Shown here: positions 8,265 through 10,006 of the stretch, one piece after another
Layout of the letters: the number at the start of each line of letters is the position of its first letter
Numbering within the stretch: the stretch's first letter is position 1
Assembly (NCBI RefSeq): GCF_006345805.1
Contig: NW_021827685.1
Span: 1 to 10,006, forward strand
Source of the DNA: Octopus sinensis
Taxonomy: Eukaryota
Length of the DNA stretch: 10,006 nucleotides
Direction: 5' to 3'
The notes under the pieces: model-generated
What the model was told of the DNA's origin: nothing
Database searches by the model: none
Seen by the model: only the letters and a program-made list of their open reading frames with translations
Made by a program: the position numbers and the translations under genes

Positions 8265-9110
8265 GAGATTGTATTATCAACTGGCAAAAAAAATGACTGA
8301 TGAAGCATAAAGGTTCAAAATAATTTCTTTTTAGAAGTCCTCGCACTTTTTAGTACACTTCATAACAGTTTCAACTCAGAAGACATTAACCCATGCACAT
8401 ATTGTGTTTTGTTTTTTTAAAGAGCATATACTGTATGGGAGAGAATTAAAAAAGAAACTGAAATAAACCACCGTGCAAATCAGCTTGTTTGATAAACATA
8501 GACAATGTTTCTTTTGCTTCTTTTGGGTTTTTTTCTGTAAATCATCGGAAGAAGGCTTTTGTTAAACGACATGCAGTGATAAGATAAACTGCAAAAAAAG
8601 GTGATAACCACAGGTTTACATCTCACATAGCAGCTGTTTTGTATTATTTACAAACATTGACGTATATTACAGTACTGTGGATTTATATGTATAAATTTAC
8701 AACTTTACAAGCAGCAGCAATGCCTTCATATGATGCATACAAAAAGATGGCTGTATTTTGGACCCAGCATACTTAGATACAACAGAGACATCTATGGATG
8801 ATGTTCTTATACAATCGTCATATTATAAAGCCATCATACTCAAATAGTCTGAATGATTACCACAACGACTACCATCACTTGAAATATTCTCTAACCTACC
8901 TTTTCTGTCGATTTTCTTCCAGCTCTTTCATTCACACTTACCTACTTAGTGTAATCAATCAGTCATCACATCAATCAATCAAACAGTTAATGACCACTTA
9001 CATTAAACGCTCGTTCGGTTGTTTTCAACCATAGTCTATAACTCGCACCCAACACCAACACCGCTCCTATTTCTCTTTGTAAATCATTGGCATGCTCCTA
9101 CATAAAACGC

Positions 9111-9175
9111 TTTCTCTCCCTCTCTCCCTCTTCCTTCTCTCTCTCTCTCTCTCTGACCATATATATATACATATA

Positions 9176-9251
<76 letters not shown>
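9111..9251. repeat. (CT)n plus (TA)n microsatellite
   Basis: Direct reading. Confidence 0.95.
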
Positions 9252-9253
<2 letters not shown>

Positions 9254-9456
9254 TCACCCTCTGTCAAGTACACACAACTCACATCGACCGATACGTTAAT
9301 GTGTTTGAGGTTTGGTACGTTTGGCGTTGATGTCATTGGAATTCTAATCAAGATATGTTGTTTAATTCGCCTCTGCGATAAATATTCCACATTTGCAGAC
9401 ATATCAATACTAGCTTTCATTATCGAAACAGTTAAGTGAAGATAATATATAAATGA

Positions 9457-9640
9457 TGTGTGTGTGTATGTGTGTGTGTATGTGTATGTGTACAAGCACA
9501 CACAAACACATGTATATTTGTGTGTTTATATATATATAAATATATATGTGTGTGTGTGTGTGTGTGTGTATGTGTGTGTGTGTGTGTGCGTGTGTGTGTA
9601 AATATGCATATGTCTATGTACATGTATGCTTGTATATATT
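9457..9640. repeat. Compound (TG)n/(TA)n microsatellite
   Basis: Direct reading. Confidence 0.92.
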
Positions 9641-9729
9641 AGAGCTGAGAATTTACATGAACGACTCAAAAACCAAGTGTTTCGTGCGTACACACTTGTC
9701 AAGCTTAGTGGCTTAGAAAACTCAATTCC

Positions 9730-10006
9730 CAATACTCCTGTTGGGAATTCCTATGAATACATGTCCGGTCTCTTCATTAGGCTTTCTCTGGGAGTAATGT
9801 TATAATTTATTAAGGTCTAATATAATGTCCAGAAGTTCACTGTAGTTATTTGGATTACAGCAGCATTGATGTTTAGGCTAAATCTGTTGAATATCTTTAG
9901 TTTTTTTTCTAACTCTATCCATAACGTAACCGTTCTTAATAATTGAAAATGCCAGACTTTCGTCTTTGTATCAACCCAAGTTGAGGTGAAAACGCTTCTT
10001 GAAGTA
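9730..10006 (-). pseudogene. Penelope-like element reverse transcriptase remnant, continuing beyond the window edge
   Basis: Minus-strand translation with two frameshifts (~9905, ~9832): NLG*YKDESLAFSIIKNGYVMDRVRKK/LKIFNRFSLNINAAVIQITTVNF/LDIILDLNKL*HYSQRKPNEE. This matches the recalled PLE RT pattern GLYRDDGLA...ERI.KK..KIF...GL.I......VNFLDVTLDL....Y.PYRKPN. Confidence 0.72.

Noticed and set aside
8297-8325. CTGATGA as a possible hammerhead ribozyme core (also ctaatga near 6400 on the minus strand)
   Set aside because: No stem II followed by GAAA and no flanking helices can be built, although hammerheads are known in PLEs.
8930-9005. Consensus minus-strand splice donors (AG|GTAAGT near 8941, GTAAGT near 9001)
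   Set aside because: The upstream sequence is a degenerate (TGAT)n repeat with no acceptor or plausible coding frame.
1-10006. CRISPR arrays or prokaryotic operon-type systems
   Set aside because: There is no repeat-spacer periodicity or gene-dense coding sequence; the window is eukaryotic repetitive DNA.

Overview
AT-rich eukaryotic non-coding DNA saturated with microsatellites and transposable elements. The SINE sequences and microsatellite density look like an octopus (coleoid cephalopod) genome; this is an inference from recalled repeat families, not a database result. No intact host gene is supported, and almost all ORF-track entries are translations of (TA)n/(TG)n/(CA)n tracts or SINEs. 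Firm features: (1) a full-length mariner DNA transposon (3358-4581, minus strand) with ~37-bp TIRs, TA target duplication and a DD34D transposase broken by five frameshifts but no premature stop; (2) five SINE copies or fragments that share modules in different combinations, two forming an inverted pair; (3) a 36-bp inverted-repeat element set between microsatellites. Not visible in the ORF track: a decayed Penelope-like reverse transcriptase on the minus strand at the right edge, and possibly the linker and GIY-YIG portion of the same element at ~7.0-7.85 kb, interrupted by later insertions. I found no convincing evidence of a new biological system; the interest is in TE layering and modular SINE evolution. 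Family names come from recall and need Dfam/Repbase confirmation.
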